Source: an uncultured virus (IMG/VR IMGVR_UViG_3300025131_007349)
Lineage: Duplodnaviria; Heunggongvirae; Uroviricota; Caudoviricetes
Direction: 5' to 3' (one strand)
DNA length: 64,000 bases
Virus record (IMG/VR): IMGVR_UViG_3300025131_007349
How positions within the stretch are numbered: position 1 is the stretch's first letter; each line of letters opens with the position of its first letter. The notes under the pieces are model-generated. The model was not told the DNA's origin. It saw nothing but the letters and a program-made list of their open reading frames with translations, and ran no database searches. A program made the translations under genes and the position numbers. Shown piece after piece: positions 27,201 to 39,900 of the stretch.

Positions 27201-27980
27201 ATGTCAGCTATAAAATTAAATGAAAAAACCTTAAAGAATGTAGTTAAAAGAGTTATTAAAGAAACTAACCATAAAAAGACTACTATTAACGAGAAAGAAC
27301 TAATAAGAGAACATAAAGTTCTAGTTAATAAAACATTTCAAGGAATCTCCAAAAAGTATAAAGCAATAAACGAATCTAATTCTAGATATATCTTTAATAC
27401 TGTCGCTAGTGAAAGTATACATTTAGGTGAACAAGGAGTTAATCCAAAAATGATTAATGAAGGCATTATGAGCCTTATATTTGGAGCTTCGTCAACCGGT
27501 GCGGTAGAAGGAATTCGTACTTGGATGGTTGGTTGGGTTTTAAGTTTGTTTGGTGTAAAAGATAGTGGGTTAAAAGATGCTATTGCACTTTCTTTAGGTA
27601 ACGTACCATTTACACAATGGCCTAAGTTATTCAGTAGTTGTGAATTTTTATTAGATAAAACATTAAAGGGTGTAATTGAATACTATTTAAGAAAAATGAC
27701 TAATACATTACCTGGTGGTGGAATGTTTAGTTCATGGATGGGTGAGAGTATGAATGAATTAGTTGATGATGCTTTCATTGAAGATATGAAGAAAAAAGCT
27801 ATTCCGATATTATGTGATAAGTTAAAAGATTTAAAAGGTAGAATGGGGGACGCTACACAACAAAAAATTTCTTCCACGACAGACACGGTAGCAGGACAAG
27901 AAGAATATAAAGATGCTGGTTCTGGTCTTACTGGGTTTATTAGTAATTTATTTGGTAAAAAAGAGGCAGCAACATCTTAG
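27201..27980 (+). CDS. putative virion-internal protein with leader
   Basis: MSAIKLNEKTLKNVVKRVIKE; repeated INE motifs. Confidence 0.65.
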   Translation: MSAIKLNEKTLKNVVKRVIKETNHKKTTINEKELIREHKVLVNKTFQGISKKYKAINESNSRYIFNTVASESIHLGEQGVNPKMINEGIMSLIFGASSTGAVEGIRTWMVGWVLSLFGVKDSGLKDAIALSLGNVPFTQWPKLFSSCEFLLDKTLKGVIEYYLRKMTNTLPGGGMFSSWMGESMNELVDDAFIEDMKKKAIPILCDKLKDLKGRMGDATQQKISSTTDTVAGQEEYKDAGSGLTGFISNLFGKKEAATS

Positions 27981-28861
27981 TTAGAAAATATGTGTGGGGA
28001 ACCACCCAGCATACCCCAAGATAATCCATACTCTTTATCCATAATTCCCATATAGTTTTTGTATATATAATCTTCGATTATTCTATATTGTTTACACCTA
28101 TTAAAGTTATCTTGTATAGCATTAATCTTACTTCCATATAATTCTTCCGACAAACTAGCTACAATAGGAGATAACTCCTCAAGAGTACTGAATTGTATTA
28201 CCCCATCTAAATTGAATTTTTCACCAATATTTGTTGCTCCTATATAGATTGGTATAGTTCCTGTAGCAAAACAATTTAATATCTTTTCTGTGAAATATAA
28301 CTCATCTTGAAAATTCTCCACCACAATGGAGAACATATAATTTTCGACAGATTCTACAATAGGCCGCCAACCACCTATTACACCGAACACATCTACTTTA
28401 TTATTGTTTTTAAATTTATCTACTATTTCTAATCTTAATTTATGTAATTCACACCAGTCTTTATTAGAAGAAACTATTGAACACATTTTATTTTTATTTT
28501 TTATGCCAATCTCCCCTTTTCCATAAGTACCTCCTACCCATATGCCCCCACCAGGTATCCATTTTGTGTTAGAATGATTTCTCAACAACGCGGAACTATG
28601 GGTAAACACTAAGTTAAATTTATCGATAATGGGTATTATACGTTTATAAGGGTCTGGTTGAATCGCTTGGGATTCAAATATCCAAGCAAACGATTTTTCT
28701 TTTGGGGTATTAACACTTGTTATTGTGCCATGGGTATAAAAGGTTGGGTTTTCTGGGTTAGTACGATTTCTATCCCATTTTATAAAAGAGGATTTTTGAC
28801 CAGCTACTGAATATAAGTCGTGAGCAAAATCACCATCTATTAAATTATATGTTTTATACAC
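27977..28861 (-). CDS. glycosyltransferase family 10 (fucosyltransferase-like)
   Basis: YMFSIVVEN...YFTEKILNCFATGTIPIYIG. Confidence 0.85.
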   Translation of the reverse strand: MYKTYNLIDGDFAHDLYSVAGQKSSFIKWDRNRTNPENPTFYTHGTITSVNTPKEKSFAWIFESQAIQPDPYKRIIPIIDKFNLVFTHSSALLRNHSNTKWIPGGGIWVGGTYGKGEIGIKNKNKMCSIVSSNKDWCELHKLRLEIVDKFKNNNKVDVFGVIGGWRPIVESVENYMFSIVVENFQDELYFTEKILNCFATGTIPIYIGATNIGEKFNLDGVIQFSTLEELSPIVASLSEELYGSKINAIQDNFNRCKQYRIIEDYIYKNYMGIMDKEYGLSWGMLGGSPHIFSN

Positions 28862-28866
28862 AACTA

Positions 28867-29136
28867 TTATTTATTTTTTAACTCCCACCTTTCTCTTCTA
28901 GAAGGTTTTTCATTCTTCATTTTTTTAGTTTTAGACGGGGTTGCGGGCTCATTTAACTTTCTACCAAATGTAACTAAATGGGTTAATTTTTTAATTTCTT
29001 TTTTAGATTCACCATTAATCGGCAATCTATCTAGTTTTTGTTGTGGAGTTAAACTATTGTAATATCCTTGTCTTGATTCAGCGTTTTTTCTTCTCTCGTT
29101 TCTACTGGTTGCTCCGTATTTTCTTAATTTTGCCAT
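28867..29136 (-). CDS. small basic hypothetical protein
   Basis: 89 aa, directly downstream of tmRNA. Confidence 0.6.
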   Translation of the reverse strand: MAKLRKYGATSRNERRKNAESRQGYYNSLTPQQKLDRLPINGESKKEIKKLTHLVTFGRKLNEPATPSKTKKMKNEKPSRRERWELKNK

Positions 29137-29166
29137 TTTTTAGATTTTATTTATTTAAATTTAGTT

Positions 29167-29577
29167 TGGTGGAGGTGGGGGGTATCGAACCCCCGTCTTG
29201 TTCATCTTCAAAAAATATCTATCCTACACGTTTAGTTTATTCATTTTGCTTTGACAACCCTTATAGAATAAACAACCTTAGGGGCTATCGCACCTGTTCT
29301 ATTATTTACCGGCCGAACAGTTAGTGCCGGGTTCGATTTGTATGAATGACGGTTCTATATTAAAGCCACAAATCTTAAATCCACTCTAATTGAACCGGAG
29401 CTATATCGTAACTTAGTTACGCTACAGCTACAGACGACCCCTCACGAACAAGTCCAAGAGTAGCCATCGTATCTAATACGTTGCCGATTAGAAAAAAATG
29501 AACCAGTTTTACAAGGTTAGTTCAGCCTTGACGTGCTGATATTGACCAAATGATGCCAATCAATTCCAGTCACCCCC
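29167..29577 (-). ncRNA. ssrA: tmRNA
   Basis: 5' GGGGGTGACTGGAATTGA pairs with 3' GACGGGGGTTCGATACCCCCCACCTCCACCA (G3:U70); 411 nt; tag ORF 29485-29417; TATATTTG promoter at 29584-29591. Confidence 0.93.
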
Positions 29578-29684
29578 ATATGACAAATATAAACAAACTT
29601 TATAAAAGGACAAAACAATAATGTATAATTTTAATTATATTTGTATTTAAGATAAATAATACGTATCTTTGTTTAAAATATATT

Positions 29685-30578
29685 ATGAGTAAAACTACAG
29701 AACACATACTTAAGACTGGAATGACTATCGGAAATGACTATATAGATTATGATTATTCATATGACGAATATATACAAAAAATAAACAGATTGAAAGGAAT
29801 TCTATCGGTACCCACCAAAACTTGGGAGGAACAAGAGTTAATTCAGCATATAGTAGATAATACCACTGATTTCGATACTATGGATATAGACGACTTAGGT
29901 AACATTTACATAACTAAGGGTAAAGCTGAATACTACCCATGTTTTGTAGCACATTTGGATAGTGTCCATGAAAGGGTGGATATGGTGGTTAAAGAAGAGA
30001 TACTACCAAACGCACAAGGACAACATAGACCAGCTTTAAAAGCTTATGAAAGAGATACTGGAGAACCAACAGGTATTGGGGGCGATGATAAAGCAGGCGT
30101 ATTCATATGTCTAGAACTATTAAGAGAACTTGATACTTGTAAAATATTTTTACCAGTTGCTGAAGAAACTGGATGTCATGGGTCTAAAGAGGCAGACGAA
30201 GACTTTTTTAAGGACGTTGGTTATGCCTTACAATTTGATTCTACAGAAAATGATACCATGAGTCTTTCCTTAATGGGGGTTAAACTATTTAAAGAAAATA
30301 GTGAATTTATTAATAAAACTAAAGACATTATTTTAGAACACGGTATAACAGAATGGTTAAATCACCCATATACTGATACTATGATGTTAAAGAAGAAATT
30401 CGACTTCAGTTGTTTAAATTTCGCATCAGGATATTACAACTACCACACCAAAAATGAGTATGTAGTGATAGAGGACGTATTTAATGCTCTTACTCTGGGC
30501 AAAAAAGTCACTAACATACTAGGGGAAAACAAATACAAATATAAATCAAAACCCGCAAACCACCTTAATTTATTCTAA
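29685..30578 (+). CDS. M20/M28-family zinc peptidase
   Basis: VAHLDSV, GGDDKAG, AEETG, QFD, YHTKNE. Confidence 0.88.
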   Translation: MSKTTEHILKTGMTIGNDYIDYDYSYDEYIQKINRLKGILSVPTKTWEEQELIQHIVDNTTDFDTMDIDDLGNIYITKGKAEYYPCFVAHLDSVHERVDMVVKEEILPNAQGQHRPALKAYERDTGEPTGIGGDDKAGVFICLELLRELDTCKIFLPVAEETGCHGSKEADEDFFKDVGYALQFDSTENDTMSLSLMGVKLFKENSEFINKTKDIILEHGITEWLNHPYTDTMMLKKKFDFSCLNFASGYYNYHTKNEYVVIEDVFNALTLGKKVTNILGENKYKYKSKPANHLNLF

Positions 30579-30611
30579 ACATCGTGCATATTTATCATTA
30601 AAAGATATATT

Positions 30612-33600
30612 ATGCCGTTAACACCATATCCGAGTCAATTTTTCACTCGTGCAAACGCAACTCCCATAGCTGGTCAAACCATACCAAAAGGTTCAGTACT
30701 AACTTGGGCTGAACTAGACACCAGTCTTTTAATGCTTAATCAAAAAATTAATGATACCATTGGACTTAATATTGGGCCAGTAGGTAGTTTTGGGGTTTAC
30801 CATAGTAAAACTTACGCTGCTGATAATGGTACATTAAATTTTTATAGTCTACTGGCGGGGTCAGGTATAACAATAGTTGACACATACACTGATGCTACTT
30901 TAACTCTTAGTGTGGTTCCTTCATTTTGTGAAGCAGCTTTAACAGCGGCTACTATAACACCTTGTGGTGATTGTGGTATAAAATTCCAAAAAGCCGCTTC
31001 AGGGTATACATTCCCAATGTATGGTCCAGCAACTACTGGCCAAACACTAGTATTAGCTCCACCAGCAGCTCAAACAGGTGGGTGTAGTAATCAATTAATG
31101 TGGGGTACTGTGTCATCTTCAGCTACAGTATTTACTGACTTATATGTAGATAGTGCAACATGGGCTACCGACTTAGGTGGACACCCGACCATCATTAATA
31201 TACATAGAAGTGATGGTGTACAATGGAACTTAAACTTATCTGGTGAAACACCTTATGTGTTTAATGAAAATGCACCAGACTATACAGCGATTAGACCACG
31301 TTTAGGTAGTAATGACGCGAAGGCTATATATTCTAATATTGCTGGAGGAGAATCTAACACTATATCCCCAAGTAACACCAATGCTTCTATAGGGGGTGGT
31401 TCAGGTAATACTATTGAGGGAAGTCACAGATATGATTTTGCTCGTACATCGTCTTATCATAGTGTAATTCTTAACGGAAAAGATAATTTAATAGCTTCTG
31501 CGGCTACTTCTGTAATTTTAGGTGGTAAAGAAAATAGAATAGGAAATGTGGATGCGGGAGCGTTCGATAATCCTATCGGAGAAGATAGAGTCAGTAATTT
31601 AATTGGTGCTGGTACACAAAACCTTATAAGTGGTGCATCACAATCCTCTATAATGGGGGGAACCGAAAATAAAATACAAGATATAACACATTCCTTTATA
31701 GGTGGTGGTTATTCTAATACGATTACCAGTGGGTCGACAGATGCAATTAAGGACGACCTCCCATTTAATACTAGAGGGTTTTCTTCTATATTAGGTGGTT
31801 GGTATAACGCTATAAGTGGACAATCAGCATCAATTGTTGGTGGTGACAATAATAAAGTACAAACAACATACGGAAGTATTCTCGCGGGGTATAATAATAA
31901 TGTTAATGCTATATATGGTGTTATACTAAATGCAAGTGCGAATACTATATCACCTACAGCTAGTGCATCTACTATTTCAGCGGGTGTAGGATTAATAGCT
32001 TATTCTTCTGAAACAACATACACAAGAGGATTAGACGCCCATACAGACATAACCCAAGCATTAGGGGGTGTTGTTAATACCGAACATAGACCATTTAGGT
32101 ATCATGGTAATTATGCTTCACCAGGTTATGGTAAATTTTTAATGTCCAATTCTAATGACGGTCACGCTAAATGGGTAAGTTTACCATTTATACCTAGTGG
32201 TATAACTAACGTTTCTGGTGGTTGTTATATGGCATCTGCTTATACAAGTGGGTGTACCGTATATATGACTCTAACAGGTGGTACCTTATGTCAAGGAGCA
32301 GTCTTAACTGCAAACACATGTTCTAATCTCGGGCCTTATCAATATGGAGCGGGTACAAATTCAATAAAACCAGTTTTAGGTACAAATACTACAGTAGGGG
32401 ATTTCTCTACGGTACAAGGAGGATTATTCAATACAGCTCCAGGTACGTTTGGTTCAGTTGTTAATGGTATTAGTAATGATATTGAAGGAATACATGACTT
32501 TATAGGTAATGGACAAGAAAATAAAATTGTAAACACCTCAACAGGTAATTACCACAGAACTATTTTAAATGGTTATAGTGGACATAATGCTTCAGTTCGT
32601 GGTGGTACTATTTTAAATGGTGACGCCAATTATTTAGAAGATGGTGCTCAATGGAGTACAATCATAAACGGTAAAGAAAATAGGATAACTGGTAATGTTG
32701 ATGCTGTAACCCCAGGAACAAGTGGAGGGTATAATCTAATCGGTAATGGGTCACTACATAGAATAATCTCAGGTACTACTAATAGTACAATCCTTAACGG
32801 ACATCATAATCAATTAATTTCAGCGAACACAGTTAGTATATTAGGTGGAAGGCATAACGCAATAAGTGGTGAATCTAATACTTCAGTAATTGTTGCTGGT
32901 CAACATAATTTAATTAATAGTCCTATGGTAGACATTGGTTCTACATCAGGAGTGTTTATTGGTGCGGGTCACCAGAATATGGTTATTTCTGGCGTTACAT
33001 CAGGAATAGTTGGAGGAACTGAAAATTATATTTCAGGGGCCACCAGTTCATTTATAGGAGGAGGTACAAATAATAAAATAACACAACAAGATGGTGCAAC
33101 TACAGGAAGAACAAAGATTAGTTCTATAGTTGGTGGAGATTCTAATCTAATTAGTGGTGAGGGTGAATATAATTTTATAGGTGGTGGCTATTATAACGAC
33201 ATAAGGAGTGTTAGTAATAGTTTGATAGTTGGTGGTCATAGTAATAGTATATCCCAGGACAATTCCGTGGACACAATTGATATTGGATTCAAATCAATTC
33301 TAGGGGGCCATACAAATTATGTTCAGGGTACAGGGTATGACGTTATTCTAGGTGGTTCAGGTAATACAATAACTGCTGATTCTAATGGTAACTTTGGTTT
33401 AATAGGTAACGGTAGAGACAACCAACTAATTACAGCACACGAATATTCTACAATTCTTAACGGACAAAAACATGAGGTCACATCTATATACGGAAGCATA
33501 TTAGGTGGTTCAGGTAATACGGTAAATGGTAATTTTGGGCATATAGTTGGTGGAACCGGAAATACTATAAATGCTACAGCGACTTCATCAGCAATTATAG

Positions 33601-33908
33601 GTTGTAACGATTTAACAGCAGACCAATCTAATACCACATATATGTGTGGTTTAACAGCTGGAACAATATCAGCAACCACAGTGTTTGCATGGAACGTACC
33701 ACAGAAATATGTAGACACAAGAAATTATACGGCAAATGTAGCTGAAACAATAACACATAATTTAGACACACAAGATGTAGTAGTGAATATTTGGGATACC
33801 GCCACAAGTCAAAGAGTTGATGCAACTATTCAATACGGCACATTAAATACTCTCACTGTAGAACTTACTATGAATAAGGACAACATAAAAACTGTAATAA
33901 TAGGATAA
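30612..33908 (+). CDS. large beta-helical fibre/spike-like virion protein
   Basis: Many SxIxGGxxNxI repeats; C-terminal ITHNLDTQDVVV; TATTTAT at 30589. Confidence 0.75.
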   Translation: MPLTPYPSQFFTRANATPIAGQTIPKGSVLTWAELDTSLLMLNQKINDTIGLNIGPVGSFGVYHSKTYAADNGTLNFYSLLAGSGITIVDTYTDATLTLSVVPSFCEAALTAATITPCGDCGIKFQKAASGYTFPMYGPATTGQTLVLAPPAAQTGGCSNQLMWGTVSSSATVFTDLYVDSATWATDLGGHPTIINIHRSDGVQWNLNLSGETPYVFNENAPDYTAIRPRLGSNDAKAIYSNIAGGESNTISPSNTNASIGGGSGNTIEGSHRYDFARTSSYHSVILNGKDNLIASAATSVILGGKENRIGNVDAGAFDNPIGEDRVSNLIGAGTQNLISGASQSSIMGGTENKIQDITHSFIGGGYSNTITSGSTDAIKDDLPFNTRGFSSILGGWYNAISGQSASIVGGDNNKVQTTYGSILAGYNNNVNAIYGVILNASANTISPTASASTISAGVGLIAYSSETTYTRGLDAHTDITQALGGVVNTEHRPFRYHGNYASPGYGKFLMSNSNDGHAKWVSLPFIPSGITNVSGGCYMASAYTSGCTVYMTLTGGTLCQGAVLTANTCSNLGPYQYGAGTNSIKPVLGTNTTVGDFSTVQGGLFNTAPGTFGSVVNGISNDIEGIHDFIGNGQENKIVNTSTGNYHRTILNGYSGHNASVRGGTILNGDANYLEDGAQWSTIINGKENRITGNVDAVTPGTSGGYNLIGNGSLHRIISGTTNSTILNGHHNQLISANTVSILGGRHNAISGESNTSVIVAGQHNLINSPMVDIGSTSGVFIGAGHQNMVISGVTSGIVGGTENYISGATSSFIGGGTNNKITQQDGATTGRTKISSIVGGDSNLISGEGEYNFIGGGYYNDIRSVSNSLIVGGHSNSISQDNSVDTIDIGFKSILGGHTNYVQGTGYDVILGGSGNTITADSNGNFGLIGNGRDNQLITAHEYSTILNGQKHEVTSIYGSILGGSGNTVNGNFGHIVGGTGNTINATATSSAIIGCNDLTADQSNTTYMCGLTAGTISATTVFAWNVPQKYVDTRNYTANVAETITHNLDTQDVVVNIWDTATSQRVDATIQYGTLNTLTVELTMNKDNIKTVIIG

Positions 33909-33909
33909 T

Positions 33910-36900
33910 ATGGGAATTAACGATTTATATGGGTCTTTAAGGGTTTGGGGACAAGGAGATAATAATTCATACACTGGATTTAGTGTAGTACATTCTGGTA
34001 CTGGAATAGCTGATTTAATAGTTAGAAGTGGTGGTGATATTGGTATGGGTACCAGTACTCCAGACTGGGATTTAGAATTATTTAGGCAGAGCAGCTCTTC
34101 AGAAGCAGCTATAGTATCTGATGGTGGTAATGCGATACTTAACTTCCAAACGAGAGATGAGACAGATTCCTATTTAGTACATAGAAAAGGCACAATAGGT
34201 ATTGGGAATGCAATATGGGCAGCAGGAGTAGACTATCATAATGGGACAGGAAGTTACAACACATATACAATAGCTACCGGAACTACTTTTGCTTCAGACT
34301 ACCAATTAGTAATAACAAGTGGTGGTACTGTAGGTATCAGAAAATTACTCCCAGCGGCTACTTTAGATATCGCTGGAGATTTAATGGTTAGGGATGTCGC
34401 AATTGGTGGTAATTATAATTTAATTTGGGATAGTACCACTAATAGTGTAAAAAGAGGAAACAATATTATTCCTGTCAATTTAACAGGAACAACATTTTTA
34501 GTTAGTGGGTACACAACAGGATGTACAACATTCTTAGTTTATTCTGCGGCTACAGGATTACAAACATTTAGTGCGAATACGTGTGAAGATTTTGGGCCCT
34601 ATCGTTATGGTAAGGCACCACAATCCATAGAACCAAAACTAGGAGCCAATCAGTCTAATGCTAATTATAGTGTTATTGGGGGTGGTAGACATAACATCAT
34701 TATGTCAGGAGCAAACACAGAAGATAATGTAATAGCAGCAGGTAATAGTAATATTATAGAAAGTGGGTTTACCTCATCAGGTATATTCGCTGGGAAACAA
34801 AATAAAATAGTAGCTGGTGATGGTCATCAGTATAATGCCATAGTTGGTGGTATACTTAATACCATATCAGGTGATGGATATACTAGTATTATTGGTTCCA
34901 CTAGTTCGAAGATAATAGGAGATAGTGCAAACCGAGCATATTATAGTTCTATTGTTGGTGGTAGTAACCAGTTTTTACACGGTAGTGCATATGGTGGTAT
35001 GTTAGGTGGTATTACTAATGTGATGTCTGGTGGCCAACAGTCAATTATAGTAGGTGGTACTACTAATAAAATTAAATATTCTACTGGGAGTTTTATAGGT
35101 GCTGGAGGAGTTAATCTAATAAGTGGTGGCACTAGAAATGCAATTATAGCGGGTACTAATAATACGATGACAGCTTCTACCTATAGTGCAATAGTAGGTG
35201 GTAGTAGTAACTATTTAGATGGTAGTATAAATTCTTCTATAGTAGGTGGTGCGTCTAATAAAATACATGAAAATTCTGATGTTGTTATTGTTGGTGGTAG
35301 TGGAAATACTATCGAAAAAACAGCAATATCATCCGCAATTATAGGAGCTTCAGAGTTAAATGCTATATCAGCTCAAACAACTTATCTAAGAGGGTTAAAT
35401 GTTAATTCTGATGTAGCTGGAAACACACCAAACGGTAATTGGTTACAGTATCACGGTATAAATGCAGACCAAGGACTTGGTAGGGTTTTAGTTTCTCATG
35501 ATGATGACGGCCATGCAAAATGGAAAAATTTAGCAAATCTAATCCCAAGTGGGATAACAAATTATAGTGGTGGTTCTGATGTGTATGTTCTAACCGCTTA
35601 TACAAGTGGTTGTACTTGGTTTGGTATAACTAATTCTGGGACAACATTGACGGCAGATACTTGTTCTAGTATGGGACCTTATATGATTGGTGCTGGAATC
35701 AATTCAATAAGACCAGTATTAGGACTTAATCAAACTAGTGGTGTATATGGTCACGTATCTTCTGGGGCCATAAATAATAACTGGCAACCTTTCACCGTCA
35801 TTCTAGGTGGTACACTGAACATAGCACACTTTAATGCCCAAGGTGGTGAATACAATTACCTTTATGGGATGGGTAATCAAAACCATGCTGGAGCATTCGG
35901 TTATCAACACGGTACATCCAATTGGATGTTTGGGTCGGGGAACTACTCCAGGTTGTTTGGTAGTGGTAATATGATATTAGGGGGGTACAACGCAGGATAC
36001 TACTCCAACCTTATGGGCTCGTCAAATATTGAATCTAATTCTTCAGGTAATACAGTAAATGGGTGGATTAATTATCTTCATAACGCTACTTGGAATAATG
36101 TCCATGGACATGCAAATGTTATACGGTCAGCTACTACCCTTTCTCATGTATCTGGAGCTCGTAATGTATTAGAAGGTAACTTTGCTACCATATTAAGTAG
36201 TTCTGGAAGTACAGTTTTAGCTTCTGGTGGACATATTTTAGGTGGTACAGGGAATACTATATATGATACAGCAGCATCCGCAGCAATATTAGGGGGTAAC
36301 GCAATAACAGCCAGAACCTCTCAAACCACATACACACACGGATTAAATGTATGGACAGATACAAGTGACGGTGATAGACCATTCCATTATCATGGAAGTG
36401 CAGCGAATAATATAATAATTCCTAATAGTGCAGCATATTCTGCAAATCCAACAGTATTTTTAGCTGGAGTAAATGCAGAAGGTAGAGCAAAATGGTCACC
36501 ACTTCCCGGAACAGTACAACCACAATATATGAGTGGTGATACCTATGTTGTTTCTGCACACACTATAGGGTGTACTCTTTATTTATACACTAATTCTGGT
36601 GATACCGTTACAGCGGATACTTGTAATAACTTTGTTTCACCATATAAATGGGTAGCAGGAACTCCTGGACCAACTAACTCGTGGCACCCAACAGTACCAG
36701 GAGGACCTAATGAAAATATAATAAAGTCTAATTGGTCACAAATTCTTGGTGGTGGTGATATGCTTAGTGCGGGCACCATAGGATATACAAACATGATAGC
36801 ACCACAATCTAAAGCTGGTGTATCTCTGTATATTGGTAACACAATTGTGGGTGGTACAGGTAATCACATTCTTAGTGGTACTGTATCCACAATAGGTGGT

Positions 36901-39900
36901 GGAGCATTTAATAAAATAGTAGGACAACCAGAATTCACCGAGGCGGGTGAAGCAAATGGTTCATTAAATATTATAGGTGGTGGGTATATGAACCAGATAA
37001 GTGGATGGACATGTAATCTCATAGCCGGAGGCGCTTGGAATCAGATAAAATCTGGGGCAACATCATGGTCAACCATAATCAATGGTGACCAAAATATTAT
37101 TGAGAATAAAGGCGGTCTCAGGACATCTATGTTTAACCACATAGGGAATGGTACACAAAATTATATCACATCTCATCTGCCTCTAAGTAATCAAATATTT
37201 AATGGTGCTCTTAATAGAATTGTTGGTAGGGCTATTTCTATAGATGGTAGTGACCCATATAACCCAACTAATTCTTATAATACAATACTGAATGGATACC
37301 AAAACTCAATTGTTATTTCAGGTAATTCGGAAGCAAACACCCAAAGCTATAATACAATACTTAATGGTACCTACAATAGTGCGGGGACTAGGTCAGATTA
37401 TTCCACAATATTAGGAGGACAATTTAATTGGGTTAATGCGGATGGTTCAGCTATACTTGCGGGTCTCCGACATCACGTCAACGCGAATACAGCAGCGGTA
37501 TTAGCTGGATATAATCACCATATGGCACCAACTGCGGTTAATAGTAGTATACTCGCGGGACAAGACATATACGCTTATAGTGCGGATACATCCTACACAA
37601 ATTTATTTAATATACAGTCAGCAATGACCTCAACCACCATAACACAATTCTTAGTTAGAGAATTGGACCCTGAACAACCAGGAGGATTTGGAGCGATTAA
37701 GGTAAGAGAACTTAAATCATTAGGAGGACCAATACCACAATTTACTGGTGGTCTAATAACAGGAGACACTCAATTTGAAGGAGTAGTAAGCGCATGTACT
37801 CTAGTTACTTCAAATGTTACAGCATGTGGTACTGGTTTGGATTTCGATAACCCTAATATTATTCTAGCTAGTCCAACTCAGGTAACTAGTGGCTTAGCTT
37901 TAGGTACCTACAGTAATACATTTAGCCCAGCGGCTACACTTTCTATTGAAGGAAGTGGAAGTCTACCAGCAATAAGCGCAGCATCTAATAATGATGTTGT
38001 TGCATATTTCTTAGGGAGAGGCACAGGTTCAGCAAGTTTAATATTACAAAATGATTCATATACAAACCCAGAGGGAGAGGGTGGTTATTATCTATACAGT
38101 AAAGGTAACCTAAAAGTAACTTCTGAAGCTTTAACATTAGGACATACTAGTTATTCACCACTTGGTATCTTCACAGGGAGTTCGACAAACCAAACACTAT
38201 CAGTTAGTGGCGATAGTGTAATGGTGGGTAAAAAATCTTCATTTAACGCTTGGGATTCAAATCAAGACTTTAGTAGTAAATTAACAATAAATAATACAAG
38301 TACCACTCAAGATAGTTTAAGGATATATGACGATACCGTTCTTACGTCTAGATTTAGAAATGCTAGTGATGGTTACGAGATAGCGTTTGGTGTAACCCCA
38401 ACAGCTAACTATAATGCATTTTTTACTATAGACCCAGGTGCAGCAGGACCGGCAAACGGTAGGATAGCGTTATTCAATCAAAACTATGATAGTGGCACAA
38501 AATTAGAGTTAGGACAAAGTCTTGGTGAAGCAGCTTCTGGTAAAACATATATAATACAAAGTGGAAACACTTCAATATTTGGACAAAGACCCACTTCAAA
38601 CCCAACCAGAGAAAACACAGAGTTTGAAGCTCTAAATATTTCAGCTATAGCAGTTAAAGCTGGTAATAGATTACCTTATGATATTGTAAATGCAGAAAGT
38701 TCAGGTTCTACACATTTAGGTGTTGGTACAATGAACCCAACTAAACCACTTACAGTAATAGGACAAATTAGTGGTACATCAGAAATGTATCTAGATGGTG
38801 CACTTTGGTCTCCACGTATATACGGATATTGTAATTCTGGTGATTCTTATAATAAACTTACAACTCAGTTAACAGCTGTAACAATTAATGATGTTGTTTC
38901 TATAGGTGGTGGTAAAAATAATGATAGTTGGCCAGAACTTTTAGTTAGAGGAAATGGAAATGGAAATGCTCCAGAAGTGGAAATTAGAGTAGATGAAGAT
39001 GCTGTTGGTACGGTAAGTGGATATATGGCTCTATCGTTAACTCACTATAGCGGAATCTCAAACACACAACCAATACATGAATGGAGTGTTATTCATGCTG
39101 GTAATTCTCAAAATCAATTCCAAATCAGATATGTTACAGATAAGGTAGATGTGTTTGAATCTGAAACACTAAACCAAGGAGTTTACGCTGGTTCAGGTCA
39201 AAGCTCAACAACTGGATTACTCTATGTGTCAACAGGAGGTACTTTTGCTGTTGGTGGTGGGTACGGTCGTGGTAGTTTTGATAACTGGTCCGATAGAGGT
39301 GGTATGTTAATTGAAGGTTGGTCTGATACACCTAATTATGATGCTTTACACATAGTTAATTCAGGCGATACTAGTTTATTAAGAATGAGAAATAGTGGTG
39401 ATTTAGGTATTGGATTGAAATATCCTGATACTAAATTATCTGTTTCTGGTGAAGTGAATACACAAGTAGTATCAGTAACAGGTAATACTACTTTAGATGG
39501 AGCATTCAGTGTTTCTGGTCTAACTTCTTTTGTGGGTGATAGTAGGTTTAATGAAGATGTGACAATTGGTGGTGGTTTAATCATAACAGCTAGTACATAT
39601 CCTGGTACTGCTTTATTTAGAGCAGATGAAAATATAGTTGTTATTTGGCCAAATAAAGTAGGTATTGGTCCTGTCCCATTAACAATTAGTGGAACAACTA
39701 ATATTAGTGGTGATACAACCATAGATGGCGTATTAAGACTTAATTCTAGTTTAGAAGCTGGAGGTGAAGATGGTAAAATAGATTTAATTGGTGGTATGTC
39801 AGTATCCACATTCTTAACAGGGGATACAATGTCAGCTACAAGTGTACACGCCACCAATGTATACACATTAGACGGTAGAACCACCGTAGATTCTTCTGAT

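Noticed and set aside
29043..29324. 93-aa plus-strand ORF
   Set aside because: Antisense to the tmRNA 3' end and the neighbouring gene.
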